From a bacterium (GTDB lineage Bacteria > Hinthialibacterota > Hinthialibacteria > Hinthialibacterales > Hinthialibacteraceae): a DNA stretch of 64,000 nt. Shown piece after piece: positions 9,497 through 20,077 of the stretch. The stretch covers positions 928,001 to 992,000 of the forward strand of contig CAXXMV010000002.1 of the NCBI GenBank assembly GCA_963662285.2, read 5' to 3'. Each line of letters starts with the position of its first letter. Positions within the stretch are counted from its first letter, which is position 1. The notes under the pieces are model-generated. The model was given only the letters and a program-made list of their open reading frames with translations. It was not told where the DNA came from and did not search any database. A program made the translations under genes and the position numbers.

Positions 9497-11456
9497 CCTG
9501 AGTTTTCCAAAATGCCTATTCTCCTCATTATAACATGTTAATAAACAAGAGGATATAGAGTTAATTAGTGTATGGTAAATGCCTTTCTATGGAACCAAGA
9601 TCGAACAGATTCCAAAGCCGTTGTTGAATTGAACTGCGGCGCGACACTTTCATGTCGGCGTTTTTGTCATCATAAATCATCAGAATCTCTTTAAGATCGG
9701 TTAGTTCTTCTTTCAACACCGCCGCACTCATTCGCAGTCCGGCGCGGTCGACTTTCTGAAGCATGACTTGAATCAGAACCAAAGCCATCACGCAGCAGAA
9801 TCCAAACGCCCGGATTTTGGTGTCGGTCCAATGACGTCCTGGACGCCATCGAATCAATTCCGGGTCTTTTAGAATTTTGAAATCGTTTTCAACTTTTTCC
9901 TTGCTCAGGTACTGGGTTATGATCCAACCGCTTTCCGCTTTATCGTCCGAACAGAATAGCAAATTTTTTCCATGCCGTTTTCGCTTTGCGTCGATTGCTT
10001 CGGTTTCGGCAAAGATCAACTGATCTTTTTCGTAGGTCACAGTAATATACTTACCAAACCGACGCTCCTCGATCATGCGGAGAATTTTCTTGGGAACAGT
10101 TTTCGGGCGGCGTTTATATGAATTCCATGCATCGAGAATATCCCGCTTGAGTTTGTTGATTCCATTTTGCAGAGTGTGTTCTTGTTTTCTGGCCAACTTG
10201 GAACTGTATGTAAGTACCAGTGCGCAATCGACGCCGAACACATTTCGCTTACATCGGTGAAAGCGGTGAGCCTGAGTTGTTCCTTCGTATTGTTCCAACG
10301 GTAGATCAATCAAATCCGCATAGTGCGAGGGAACCAGGCTGCCCACCCATTGCAGTTTGCCTTGCAGGGAAGCAAAATTTTCCTGACTATTGTTGCCTTT
10401 ATCCAACACCAGCACCAGATTATCTACGTCACGGAAACTAGCCTGTAGACGGGCGATGAGGTCATCAATCAAACCGCCGAAGGTTTTGCTGTCATGGGCA
10501 TTGCCGCGGTAAAGAGTATGAAAAAGAGGGATGCCCCATTCTTTATCAACGCACATCGCCAGCCCCACTTGTTTGAGATGGTGGTGCGAATCTTTGTTGT
10601 GACCACTTTGCGCCAACAGCGCACGAAGCGGCTCTTCGATGTAAGTAAAAAAGTTTGTGGCGTCATAGAAGAAAACGTTTTCCGAGAGGTCGCATTGCTG
10701 TTGCAGATTGTTGATCAAATTCTCTTCGATAGCGCAAAAAATTGAATCGTCCAAACCGACGAAAAGTTCATCCGCCAGTTCGGGTTGATTCTTGCGGCGA
10801 TCTTGCAATTCCTTTTCGCTGATGACATCGTCGGTGACATACCAGAAGGTTTTGCTGTTGAATTTTTTGGGATCGAAATCAAGCAAGTCGGGCAAGATAG
10901 TCGCCGCCGCCCAATCCCCCATTTTTTGTTTGCTGGTGGCGTATTGCAAACGGTTGATGATGGGGAGCAGAAAATAAAGCCAGCGCGGAACGCCATAACG
11001 CTGTCCGGGAATATGTTTTTTCAAAAGAGAAACCAACCCGATCTCAACCGCGGTTTGGTAAATCGCCGCTACGAATCCGAATTCCCGATGGCGCACTTCC
11101 AGAGGAGAGTTTCGTTCTTTCAATTGTTGGTAGATGGAATCAGCAGTGCCGAGATATTCCGAGCGGGTGCGAACCCGGCTTTTGCCGGAACCTGAAGTTT
11201 TACCCTGATTATTAGGATCAATTTTCTCACGCCAAGTGGTTTGATAGTAATAGTAGGTGTTCCCATGAATTTGTTTAGCATAGATTTTACCGGCCATAAT
11301 GTCCCCTCACTCGTGGAATGTAACATTACGTACAGTATAATATACCTACTATACCAGGCTGAAAATTAGTTTTAATTCAACACTACACAAATGAGCACAA
11401 TAAATCTTATGAATTAAAACGTTTAGAGAAATTAATTATAAATTGGAAAACTCAGG
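9497..11456 (-). mobile_element. IS1634-family insertion sequence (~1.96 kb)
   Basis: Perfect 14-bp terminal IR CCTGAGTTTTCCAA (9497-9510) / TTGGAAAACTCAGG (11443-11456) enclosing a DDE transposase; flanks TTGAA / TTTAA. Confidence 0.9.
9561..11297 (-). CDS. IS1634-family DDE transposase
   Basis: FFYDATNF, GHNKD..HLKQV, LVLDKG, VENDFKILK, HWTDTKIRA. Confidence 0.92.
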   Translation of the reverse strand: MAGKIYAKQIHGNTYYYYQTTWREKIDPNNQGKTSGSGKSRVRTRSEYLGTADSIYQQLKERNSPLEVRHREFGFVAAIYQTAVEIGLVSLLKKHIPGQRYGVPRWLYFLLPIINRLQYATSKQKMGDWAAATILPDLLDFDPKKFNSKTFWYVTDDVISEKELQDRRKNQPELADELFVGLDDSIFCAIEENLINNLQQQCDLSENVFFYDATNFFTYIEEPLRALLAQSGHNKDSHHHLKQVGLAMCVDKEWGIPLFHTLYRGNAHDSKTFGGLIDDLIARLQASFRDVDNLVLVLDKGNNSQENFASLQGKLQWVGSLVPSHYADLIDLPLEQYEGTTQAHRFHRCKRNVFGVDCALVLTYSSKLARKQEHTLQNGINKLKRDILDAWNSYKRRPKTVPKKILRMIEERRFGKYITVTYEKDQLIFAETEAIDAKRKRHGKNLLFCSDDKAESGWIITQYLSKEKVENDFKILKDPELIRWRPGRHWTDTKIRAFGFCCVMALVLIQVMLQKVDRAGLRMSAAVLKEELTDLKEILMIYDDKNADMKVSRRSSIQQRLWNLFDLGSIERHLPYTN

Positions 11457-11497
11457 TTTAAATGCTAGATTTATGAAGACTTAGAAAATCCCTTACT

Positions 11498-11607
11498 CTG
11501 CTTTGGGAGCAGTGGGTCGGGAGTTCGAATCTCTCCGCCCCGATAATTTAAGTCATTCATATTTGGTCATTTAGAGTTTTTCTAAATGACCTTTATTTTT
11601 GTCAATT
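11498..11607 (+). repeat. att-like copy of tRNA-Pro 3' half plus terminator, inverted relative to 31242-31351
   Basis: 110 bp with 1 mismatch to the reverse complement of 31242-31351; starts in the anticodon stem (CTGCTTTGGGAGCAG) and lacks the 5' acceptor strand and D arm. Confidence 0.93.
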
Positions 11608-11692
11608 TAAATAAGAATCCCAATTCTCGAAATATAGCAATTCCCCAACAATTTACCCTACGTGAATATAATTGTGGTGCAGCACTCTTCTA

Positions 11693-12571
11693 TTACTTGT
11701 CGATAAGTGCGTCAAGAAACTTGTAGAATTCCAGAGTCGCCGGATCATCGGGTTTGCCAAGATCATTATTCAACTGGCTGTGGTTACTCTCCCGTTTGCC
11801 GAAGGCCTTGGCCGAGATGCCAGCGTCCTTCAGCACGGCTTCCAGGCGCCCTGCCTGAGCGCGGGTGTCGGGATTGCCGGAAAAGAACAGTAGCAGGAAC
11901 GGCGGTATGCCTTTGTTCTTCGCAACGTGCGTCACAGCTGAGAAGTCGACGTGTTTAACCGGATCGTTCCCAAATTTCTGCCGATGACCAAACGTGAACA
12001 TCTTGCCGCCATAGATAGTCTGCCGATGCTCAGCCGTCATGATGATTTTGGGAATATCATAAGTGTCGCCATCCACCGGTACGCACCCCTTGAGGACTTC
12101 AAACGAGACGCCTTCTTCCTTCAGGTAACGATCATCGATGCAAATTAAAGCAGCTAGTTGAGCGCCAGCGGAATGTCCACCGACAAAGATTCGCTTTGGA
12201 TCGCCGCCATATTGCGCGATATTTCTGTGCACCCAGCCCAGCGATTTGGCGACGTCGCGGATCAGCGCATCCATCTCCACGTCGGGTAAGAGACGGTAGT
12301 TGGTAGATACGAAGACAAATCCTCGCTCAGTCAACACTTTGGGTTTTAGCGCAACATCGCTCTTATCTCCAGTCTGCCATCCACCGCCGTGTATCCAGAA
12401 CATGACAGGCAATCGTCCATCAACCTCTTTTTCGGGTGTGTAAATATCGAGAACCTGTCGTTCATGACCATTCTCGACATAGGGGATATCAGTCGTTAAC
12501 TTCTGCGTACTACCGATGTTGCAGAAGGATAGAAATGAGAGCGCAAAAACAGCGATAAGTTTTAAGTTCAT
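11693..12571 (-). CDS. secreted alpha/beta hydrolase (HSL-like esterase)
   Basis: Signal peptide, HGGGW oxyanion motif, GHSAG nucleophile. Confidence 0.92.
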   Translation of the reverse strand: MNLKLIAVFALSFLSFCNIGSTQKLTTDIPYVENGHERQVLDIYTPEKEVDGRLPVMFWIHGGGWQTGDKSDVALKPKVLTERGFVFVSTNYRLLPDVEMDALIRDVAKSLGWVHRNIAQYGGDPKRIFVGGHSAGAQLAALICIDDRYLKEEGVSFEVLKGCVPVDGDTYDIPKIIMTAEHRQTIYGGKMFTFGHRQKFGNDPVKHVDFSAVTHVAKNKGIPPFLLLFFSGNPDTRAQAGRLEAVLKDAGISAKAFGKRESNHSQLNNDLGKPDDPATLEFYKFLDALIDK

Positions 12572-12686
12572 GATAAGGAATTCCTTAGTAAAAGAATTTA
12601 TCTACGCGTTCTGATCCGGTATCAATTGTGACATCGTCACACAAGTTTAGCAAGAAACCTCACATTAAGTGTACTGAATCCAAATG

Positions 12687-15600
12687 TTATTGATGTGCGC
12701 GTGCGATATCGAGCTGGGCCTCATGAATGGCGCTACGCTGAATTCTTGGATTCTGTTCTAACGCTTTTTGGAGTTGGGCTGCTGCTTCCTGTGTATTATT
12801 TCTTTCTTCAAGAATCAGAGAATACAAATAATGGCCGATTGCTTTACGGTTGCCCCGGTATTCAAATTCGCCGGAAGTCAGTTTTTGCGCCTGTTTTTCT
12901 AATTGATTGATAATCGAATTGTATTTTTCGCTATTATCTAGCGCCTTATATGCCAATGCTTGATAAAAAGAACCCAGGTGAAGCCGGGTATACTTTTCGG
13001 AAATGATTTGCTTGAGAAATTGCTCAGCCTTCGTTTTTTCATTCATAGCTAAATAAGTCTTGGCTAGATTCCAATTGACATGAGCGCGGAAATCTGGAGT
13101 ACGCGCTGCGACTTCAAGATTTTCGGGATAAAGACAGGCTTCTTCATAATGTTTCAAAGCGGTCTGAAAATCCTTTGCGTCAAAAGCCAGATCCCCGAGT
13201 TTTTGATTGACTTCAACCCACGCATGATGAACGCCGTATTTTCCTTCCCAACTATGGAAATGATGGTTGCGAAGCGTTTGATAGGCTTTGCTCAACCGGT
13301 CCTTGTCTCCTGTTAAGAGCCGCAGATCGATTAAGCGGGAAATGAGGTCATCACGGGTATTAACCACATCGATTTGATTTTCCAGGTTTTGCAAACGTTC
13401 GGAAACTGGTTTTTGCAGAGTTTCACAAATTGTCTCATATTCCAGCAAGGCGCGGGCATCTTGTGGATTTATTTCAAGCGTTTTTTCATAGGCTTGCAGC
13501 GCAGCGTTCAAGTCATGATTCAAAAATCGTTCACCATACCCGATATTGCGCCAGGCGTGTGCATGTCGATCATTATATTGCGCGGCCTTCAGCCAATGCG
13601 CAAAGCCGTCTTGCAACTGTCCACTGGCATAAAGCAGGTTGCCAAGGAACAGATGGGCGTTGGCATCCTGCTCATGATAACGGATGGCCGCTTCCAGAGC
13701 GGCTTTGCCTTCCAGGCGGTGTGGATTGGTGTAGTCAACCAGACCTTTTTGCGCCCGGACATAGAAATCGGCCGCCTGGTCAGAATTCCCCAAAAGTTCT
13801 TGAAAATATCCCCTGAAATAATTCACCATTGGATTTAATTCGGAATCCGCTTTTGTGTTAGAGAACATTGCAAGGATTGAATCTGCCGTTTGGTAAAGAC
13901 CAGCGTTGGCGTAAGCAGTCGCCAATGTCAGATAATTTTGAACTTCATCCCGCATAAGACGTTCCCAGTCTCTTTGCCCTGAACGCTCCGGCTCATTGAT
14001 TGACAATGAAACAAGCATTTTTTCACAAGCAGCCATGAAATTGAGTGGATCAAGTTCCATGGCGTGATCCGCTGCATGGAGCGCTTCGGATCGTTTCCCT
14101 TGATGACGGAATGCCGCCGCTTTTAGAGCGTACAGATCGGCGAATTTTCCGTTTTGGCTGATCGCTTCATCAAGTTTTTCGATGGCCGCCTTGAATTCAC
14201 CTCTGCGCAAGTCGATTTTCGCCAGGTTATAATAGGCGGCTGAGAAGAATCTATAAGTATATGTCGCCCTATAGAACATATCGTATGCTTTGGCGAAATC
14301 TTGGAGACCGACATACGCCAGGCCATTTCCAAAGTAAATGCGTGAATTGTCGTTATCACGTTCCCGGGCGCGATTTAGATATTGCAAGGCTTCATTCCAC
14401 TTGCCCTGCTTGAGAGCAAGATACCCCATTTCTATATTAACCCGCGTATCCCCTGGATCCTTTTTGAGCGCTTCTTGATAATAGGTTAAGCCTTGTTTAG
14501 TCCGTCGAAATTTATCCAGCCATTCGCCTGAGCGGTAGAGTTGATCCTGGTTCATTTTCTTAGGATCGCCCGGATCACGGTCTCCCGGAGGCAAATCAAC
14601 TTGTTTTGGTTTTTGTTGCTGCAACTCGATGCAAAGATTGTCTTGAGCGTCATACACCGCGAGATGAAGATCGTAAACCGTGTCGCCTTCATCGGTTTCC
14701 ACCTCGACTGTATAGGGTTTATCCGGCGCAATCGCTTTTGTTTCGTTCGATAGAATGACGTCAGTCCGGGTGTTTTTCAGCACGATTTTGGCATTAGGTA
14801 CAATACCCGTGGGATAGACGGCGCCAAAAGCTTTCCCGTCTTTCAAATCGGTATTGACTGCGAAATCTTTATTAGCGTTTTGAATGCCGCGAGTATCCCG
14901 AACCGGATACCAGTAATCATGTGCGGTTTTGACTTCGTTCGGCCACATCCAGTGATAATCGGGCTGGTTATCGCTCCAGGCGCCAGCCTGCGGCTCAAAA
15001 TAAGGGCCTCCGCCTTCAGTCAAGATATCTTCCCAAATGCGTCCCGAAGGACCGGAACCCCATGTCCAGAGTTTTTTACCAGGCATGATATGATGATCCG
15101 CCACATGAATCATTCCGCCATTTTCACGATGGTCATAAGTTCCAAACCAGTCGGAAGGGTTGTTAAAAGCGAAATAACTGCTGGCGTTGGGAGAATTTTT
15201 CCACCAGGTTAAATCGATCCCATCGTGGATGGGCCAATTCCAAAACTGGTGTTTTCCATGTCCGGTAACCATATCTCCGGGATACTGAGCTTGCGTCCAC
15301 TCATTCGCATGAGTCGCTGATGTTGCCCAAAATTGGAATGAGTGTTGTTGGTTGGTTGGATTGATAAAAATGTAATCACAGCGGATATTACTACGGCCAG
15401 GGAAAGCGGTCATGCCGACCAGCCACCTCATGCCGTATATCCGATCAGTTTCTCCCACCCAAACCGTCGCGCTGCCATCATCATGGTGAACGATTCGCCA
15501 ATCCACTGGCATAAAGCAGGACGGACGGTGCCCGTGAGGGAAATTCCATTCAATACCTCCGGATATCCATGCACCCGTCATGCCGATCAGGCCGGGTTTT

Positions 15601-15983
15601 ATAGTTTCCTGCCAGTACATCCAGACATAACCATTGGTTTTATCGCGTGCGCCGTGGAGCCTCCCACCGATTTCTGGAAGAATGAGAACTTGTATAAATT
15701 CGTTTTCCAGAAATACGCCTTTGTATGTTTTATCCACTTTATGATTGGTCAATATCTCATTGAGAGTGTAAGGATAAATAGCGCTGCCAGAATCGAAAAA
15801 GTTGGAATGAACTTGAAGCGGACCGGTTTCCCATGTGGGAATGCTAATCTCTTTTTCATAGGCTTTCACTTCAGCATGAACATTGATTTGAAAGAAAATC
15901 GAGAAGGCGAACACAATGAAAATAAACAGATTATTCATAGTATTTTTCCCTTTGCATAGAACAAGGTAGAAGGATATTCTCAT
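12687..15983 (-). CDS. DUF5107 + TPR repeat protein (likely start 15938, with signal peptide)
   Basis: LPEIGGR...KPGLIGMTGAWISGGIEWNFP.GHRP and GKKLWTWG, recognised as DUF5107; long C-terminal TPR array. Confidence 0.85.
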   Translation of the reverse strand: MRISFYLVLCKGKNTMNNLFIFIVFAFSIFFQINVHAEVKAYEKEISIPTWETGPLQVHSNFFDSGSAIYPYTLNEILTNHKVDKTYKGVFLENEFIQVLILPEIGGRLHGARDKTNGYVWMYWQETIKPGLIGMTGAWISGGIEWNFPHGHRPSCFMPVDWRIVHHDDGSATVWVGETDRIYGMRWLVGMTAFPGRSNIRCDYIFINPTNQQHSFQFWATSATHANEWTQAQYPGDMVTGHGKHQFWNWPIHDGIDLTWWKNSPNASSYFAFNNPSDWFGTYDHRENGGMIHVADHHIMPGKKLWTWGSGPSGRIWEDILTEGGGPYFEPQAGAWSDNQPDYHWMWPNEVKTAHDYWYPVRDTRGIQNANKDFAVNTDLKDGKAFGAVYPTGIVPNAKIVLKNTRTDVILSNETKAIAPDKPYTVEVETDEGDTVYDLHLAVYDAQDNLCIELQQQKPKQVDLPPGDRDPGDPKKMNQDQLYRSGEWLDKFRRTKQGLTYYQEALKKDPGDTRVNIEMGYLALKQGKWNEALQYLNRARERDNDNSRIYFGNGLAYVGLQDFAKAYDMFYRATYTYRFFSAAYYNLAKIDLRRGEFKAAIEKLDEAISQNGKFADLYALKAAAFRHQGKRSEALHAADHAMELDPLNFMAACEKMLVSLSINEPERSGQRDWERLMRDEVQNYLTLATAYANAGLYQTADSILAMFSNTKADSELNPMVNYFRGYFQELLGNSDQAADFYVRAQKGLVDYTNPHRLEGKAALEAAIRYHEQDANAHLFLGNLLYASGQLQDGFAHWLKAAQYNDRHAHAWRNIGYGERFLNHDLNAALQAYEKTLEINPQDARALLEYETICETLQKPVSERLQNLENQIDVVNTRDDLISRLIDLRLLTGDKDRLSKAYQTLRNHHFHSWEGKYGVHHAWVEVNQKLGDLAFDAKDFQTALKHYEEACLYPENLEVAARTPDFRAHVNWNLAKTYLAMNEKTKAEQFLKQIISEKYTRLHLGSFYQALAYKALDNSEKYNSIINQLEKQAQKLTSGEFEYRGNRKAIGHYLYSLILEERNNTQEAAAQLQKALEQNPRIQRSAIHEAQLDIARAHQ

Positions 15984-16037
15984 TAATACCGATTTTCACA
16001 CGACGCTAAAGAAGAATCAAGATTAAGGTAGCAGATG

Positions 16038-16352
16038 TTTTGCATCCGTATACGAGAACGCAGAATATATTGAAAAGTAGTAACAGGTCAGCCATATGAA
16101 GTAGTAACACTATAACTATGTTTTATACAAGGCTTTTTTATTAAAATTCTCCCCCCAGGTTTGGGGTAGGGATAACGCACTTCAATTGGCTGACCAGTTA
16201 TGAAAAGTATTGATTTACAATTTAATCCAAATTGAAATTAAACATTTTTGCACCAAATGGCTTCTTCACACCTCTTTAATGTCCCTTTGCCAGCCGTTTT
16301 TCGTTTATTGAGCGCTCACCTTGCCGCCTGTGCATTACCCTTAAATCCAACC
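16038..16352. repeat. dispersed repeat, copy 1 (interrupted by a MITE)
   Basis: Aligns by eye with 21959-22158 once the ~16080-16200 insert and one duplicated flank are removed. Confidence 0.8.
16080..16201. mobile_element. MITE-like non-autonomous element (~120 bp)
   Basis: 22-bp IR TAACAGGTCAGCCATATGAAGT / ACTTCAATTGGCTGACCAGTTA (19/22), flanked by direct repeat TGAAAAGTA (16071-16079, 16201-16209); internal REP-like hairpin. Confidence 0.75.
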
Positions 16353-16448
16353 AGTATGTTGTTCTTACTAATAAATCCAAAGATTCACTTTTCTATCGTT
16401 TTACAATTTGGATATCTATCACAATTGATAGAAAGAATATTTTAGAGA

Positions 16449-17492
16449 CTATTCGTTTACATTCACAACTAATTTTGAAAATGCAGATTGCCGAATTGCT
16501 TCCATTATCGCCATTACGCGCCGGATATGCGCAGGGGGAACCATTAAAGGTTCTTGTTTCTGAAGTGCGGCGTATAGATTCCTATAAAATAAAATGCCTT
16601 CAGGTACAATTCGATCTGGAACCGGATACTCAATCTCAATTTGTTCCCGGATTCCTTGGGTCTTGGCAACTATACGACGAACTACCGCTGGGCCAATATC
16701 GCTTTCTAGTAAAATAGAACCTTCTTGACCGATCACGTACCACCGGGGAAAATGATGGGGCGTAATGCGGGAATTTTCCGCCTTTACATTCAATCCATCT
16801 TCATACATCAAACTCGCAAAATATGCAGTCTCAACTTCATCTGACCATACAGCAATCTTCGTCTCCGCATAAACAGTAGCAATCGGTCCGGGCGCCAGCA
16901 ATAGAAGTTGATCAATATCGTGGGGGACGCAATCGTAAATCACACCACCGCCATAAGCTTTTTCCTGGCGCCAGGTTGGCCGATATTCCTGCGCCGGATA
17001 AGCCAAGGTGGAATCATATTTCATGCGCCGGGATTCGATTCCCAAGACCTTACCCACAACGTTTTCGGATAGAATTTTTTGAATGCAAGCAAATCCCGGT
17101 TCCCATCTTCGATTCTGAAACAGGCTCAGTAAACGCCCGGATTTTTCGGCTGTTTGCAGAATCCGGGCGGTTCCCGGTAGATCTAACGCCAGGGGTTTGT
17201 CGACCAGTAAATCTTTTTCAGCGGCAAGCGCCTGCAAAGCAATGGTTTCATGACTGGCGGTGGGCGTTGAAATGACGACTAGCCTGATTTGCTCATCAGA
17301 TAGAAACGTATCAAGGTCCGAAAAAATTCGCGCATTAGGAAGTCGGGATGAAGCAATTTCACGCCGTGCAGGAGTCGTATCACAACCAGCGACAATCTCT
17401 AATCCCTCTGTTGCTTCAATACACGGTACGTGAATTTCTAATCCACTTTTACCTAGTCCTACAATTCCCACTCCAATCATATCATTCACCAT
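16449..17492 (-). CDS. Gfo/Idh/MocA oxidoreductase
   Basis: GVGIVGLG Rossmann, LVDKP, QNRRW, GGGVIYDCVPHDID. Confidence 0.92.
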   Translation of the reverse strand: MVNDMIGVGIVGLGKSGLEIHVPCIEATEGLEIVAGCDTTPARREIASSRLPNARIFSDLDTFLSDEQIRLVVISTPTASHETIALQALAAEKDLLVDKPLALDLPGTARILQTAEKSGRLLSLFQNRRWEPGFACIQKILSENVVGKVLGIESRRMKYDSTLAYPAQEYRPTWRQEKAYGGGVIYDCVPHDIDQLLLLAPGPIATVYAETKIAVWSDEVETAYFASLMYEDGLNVKAENSRITPHHFPRWYVIGQEGSILLESDIGPAVVRRIVAKTQGIREQIEIEYPVPDRIVPEGILFYRNLYAALQKQEPLMVPPAHIRRVMAIMEAIRQSAFSKLVVNVNE

Positions 17493-18840
17493 TAATATTA
17501 GTTTTCAGGTTCAAGCGGGATTTCATCCACTTGGCTTGTACAAGAAGAAAAAGAAGCATGATGGTTGCCATGACGCTCATGCAGACGCAAAGGATTTTGA
17601 ACGGTTCGAAGCTACCATAATAACGGTATAGCGCTCCGATAACCGGCTCCTGGATGATTGGTCCAATGCTGCCGATACCGTTTATCACGCCGACGGCGGA
17701 AAGCGCGTCTCGCCGTCCCGCTATAGCAATGGCGCCGGCGCCATTAATAATACTGTCTGGACCATAGAGCATGAATCCGACTAATCCATACAAACACGCC
17801 AAAATGAAAGGGCTTCTTGAACCATAAACAATAACCAGAATATAGGCTAACGTCATCCCGATAGTCATCGTCAGACAAAGCAAGCGCCAGTTTCCTTTGA
17901 AGATGCGATCCAGCGCCCATCCTGAAAGAATCACTCCGGCAAAACCAGCCCAATCAAAGATTGACGAATAATACGCAGCGAGCTCGCCGGATAAATGGCT
18001 TTCTACGGTCAAGAAATAAGGCAGCCAGGAATCCAATGAATAGCGCAAAAACTTTAAGGTGAAATAGGTCAGGCCCATACAAACAATCACGGGATTACTC
18101 AACACGCGGAAAAAACCACCGAAAGTCATATTTAAGGCAGGATTAATTTTTTTCTCTTTTTCATTGATTTGCGCTTCATCATCATGGGTTATGATAGGTT
18201 CTAAACCGACATCTTCCGGGCAGTTGCGGTGCCAGAAATAAACAACGAGCCAGATCAAACCCATGCCAACGGAACAAGCCCAAAATGCTGTACGCCATCC
18301 CGTATATCCAAGCATGAATCCAGCCAGAAATTTAACACCCAGGTTTCCTGCGAGGTAATTGGTATTCCAGATTCCCATGATTCGACCGCGTTCCTCTTTC
18401 CGCAGCCAATGCGCCACTCCGCCCACATTGCCAGGCCAACCGCTGGCTTGCGCCAGACCGTTTAAAATCATGAAACCCACAAACGTTTCGAACGAATTGG
18501 CAAAGCCGAAAATGATGTTACATCCCAAGGAAATAGCCATCCCCGTCAGTAAAAGAATACGGGAGCCAAGTTTCCGCCCTAACATACCATTAATAAACTG
18601 GCCTACCATGTAGGCAACTAAAAATGCTGTCCAAATATGCGCTACACCCAATGCATCAAGTGAAAATTCGTCGCCGATACTTTTTTTACATACTGAAAAT
18701 GCTTTCCGGCAAAGATAGTATCCTGCATAGCTGGAATAGGTGGCTATAAGAATCCGCCATCGCCACTTACTTTGCTCTTTTTGCAAAGGCGGCAGTGTTT
18801 TCGATATGTTACCTGTCTTATGATTGGTTGCAGAATTCAT
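17482..18840 (-). CDS. MFS transporter, GlpT/UhpT (organophosphate:Pi antiporter)-like
   Basis: YAGYYLCRKAFS, GWPG..ERGRIMGIW, YGPDS motifs; about 12 TM. Confidence 0.88.
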   Translation of the reverse strand: MNSATNHKTGNISKTLPPLQKEQSKWRWRILIATYSSYAGYYLCRKAFSVCKKSIGDEFSLDALGVAHIWTAFLVAYMVGQFINGMLGRKLGSRILLLTGMAISLGCNIIFGFANSFETFVGFMILNGLAQASGWPGNVGGVAHWLRKEERGRIMGIWNTNYLAGNLGVKFLAGFMLGYTGWRTAFWACSVGMGLIWLVVYFWHRNCPEDVGLEPIITHDDEAQINEKEKKINPALNMTFGGFFRVLSNPVIVCMGLTYFTLKFLRYSLDSWLPYFLTVESHLSGELAAYYSSIFDWAGFAGVILSGWALDRIFKGNWRLLCLTMTIGMTLAYILVIVYGSRSPFILACLYGLVGFMLYGPDSIINGAGAIAIAGRRDALSAVGVINGIGSIGPIIQEPVIGALYRYYGSFEPFKILCVCMSVMATIMLLFLLVQAKWMKSRLNLKTNINGE

Positions 18841-18855
18841 AGTTTTGAGTCAGAT

Positions 18856-20001
18856 TTATAATGATTTCAATATTTCCTGAACAGCCCAAATAAGGTAGCC
18901 TACTTCATCCTCTGTGTAACCTGGAAAAATCGGCAATCCAAAAAGGGTTTGAGCCACTTGCTCCATGATTGGACAGGGTTGAAAATCCCCAACCGCCTTC
19001 GCAATAACTGGAAAATCGTACCAAGGTTCATATTGAAAAGATGTTTCGATGCCGTAATCAGTCAATATTTTTTGTCGCAACGCTTCACGCGTTGCACCAA
19101 ACACAGAAGAGTCAAGCCGACAGGGGTACATATGATACGAATGCGTTATGCCTTTCGGCTCAAAAGGCGTGATAAATCCTTCAATACCTTGAAAGGCTTT
19201 GGACATTCTTCGCCCGATTGCTCTGCGCTTTGCATTAACGCTATCCAAGCGTTTCAGTTGTTCGATCCCAATCGCGCATTGCACCGCTGATAGCCGATAG
19301 TTGCTTCCCGCTTGTTCATCATGATCGTAGTTGCGCAATTTCCTGGCGCGTTCAGCATATTCCTGGTGAATGGTAGTCAGCATTCCTCCTTCACCTAGTG
19401 TGCTTATGTTCTTTTGCGATTGAAAACTAAAACATGAAATATCGGCCCATGCCCCGCATTTCACATCCTTATACACCGAGCCTAGTGCATGAGCCGCATC
19501 TTCGAGAACCGGGATTCCATAGTTATGGCCGATTCGCATTACGGCATTCGCATCAAGCGGCAGGCCCGCGTAGTCAATCACATAAATCGCCTTGGTGTTT
19601 GAGGTAATACTCGCTTCGAGTAAATTCAAATCAACGTTTAAACTATCTGGATCGATATCCACTGGAACCGGCCGCGCTCCAGCCAAGACGATTGGCAACA
19701 CCGTAGCCTTAAACGTCAGTGCAGTAACAAGGACTTCATCACCCGGTCCGATGTCCAATAGCCGAGTTGCCAATTCCAAAGCAGTGCCGCCCGAACTCAC
19801 CGTAATCGCGTGCTTCACGCCTATATACGCGGCGAATTGGTTTTCAAACTCAACGATCTCTGGAGAACGACGGTCCAGTGGACGGCGTTTTTCAATCGCG
19901 TCTCGAATAATCTCTACCAATACCCTTTCTTCTTCTTGGCCAAAAATTGCACCGGTATAGGGCCAGGGAATCTCAAATTGCTTCGGGGTGTAAGTTTGCA
20001 T
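18856..20001 (-). CDS. DegT/DnrJ/EryC1/StrS PLP aminotransferase
   Basis: SSGGTAL, EDAAHA, SFQSQKNISTLGEGG (PLP lysine), GSNYRL. Confidence 0.93.
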   Translation of the reverse strand: MQTYTPKQFEIPWPYTGAIFGQEEERVLVEIIRDAIEKRRPLDRRSPEIVEFENQFAAYIGVKHAITVSSGGTALELATRLLDIGPGDEVLVTALTFKATVLPIVLAGARPVPVDIDPDSLNVDLNLLEASITSNTKAIYVIDYAGLPLDANAVMRIGHNYGIPVLEDAAHALGSVYKDVKCGAWADISCFSFQSQKNISTLGEGGMLTTIHQEYAERARKLRNYDHDEQAGSNYRLSAVQCAIGIEQLKRLDSVNAKRRAIGRRMSKAFQGIEGFITPFEPKGITHSYHMYPCRLDSSVFGATREALRQKILTDYGIETSFQYEPWYDFPVIAKAVGDFQPCPIMEQVAQTLFGLPIFPGYTEDEVGYLIWAVQEILKSL

Positions 20002-20077
20002 TATTTATCGGATCGTTCGATTTGGTGATATTGAGGTTAAAAATATTATCTTATCATAGAAGATGAACGCTAAATCA

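Noticed and set aside
11498-11543. second tRNA-Pro gene
   Set aside because: Only the 3' half is present; the upstream sequence cannot form the acceptor stem or D arm
12627-12641. CRP-like site TGTGA-N5-TCACA
   Set aside because: Spacer is 5 rather than 6 nt; a single palindrome is insufficient
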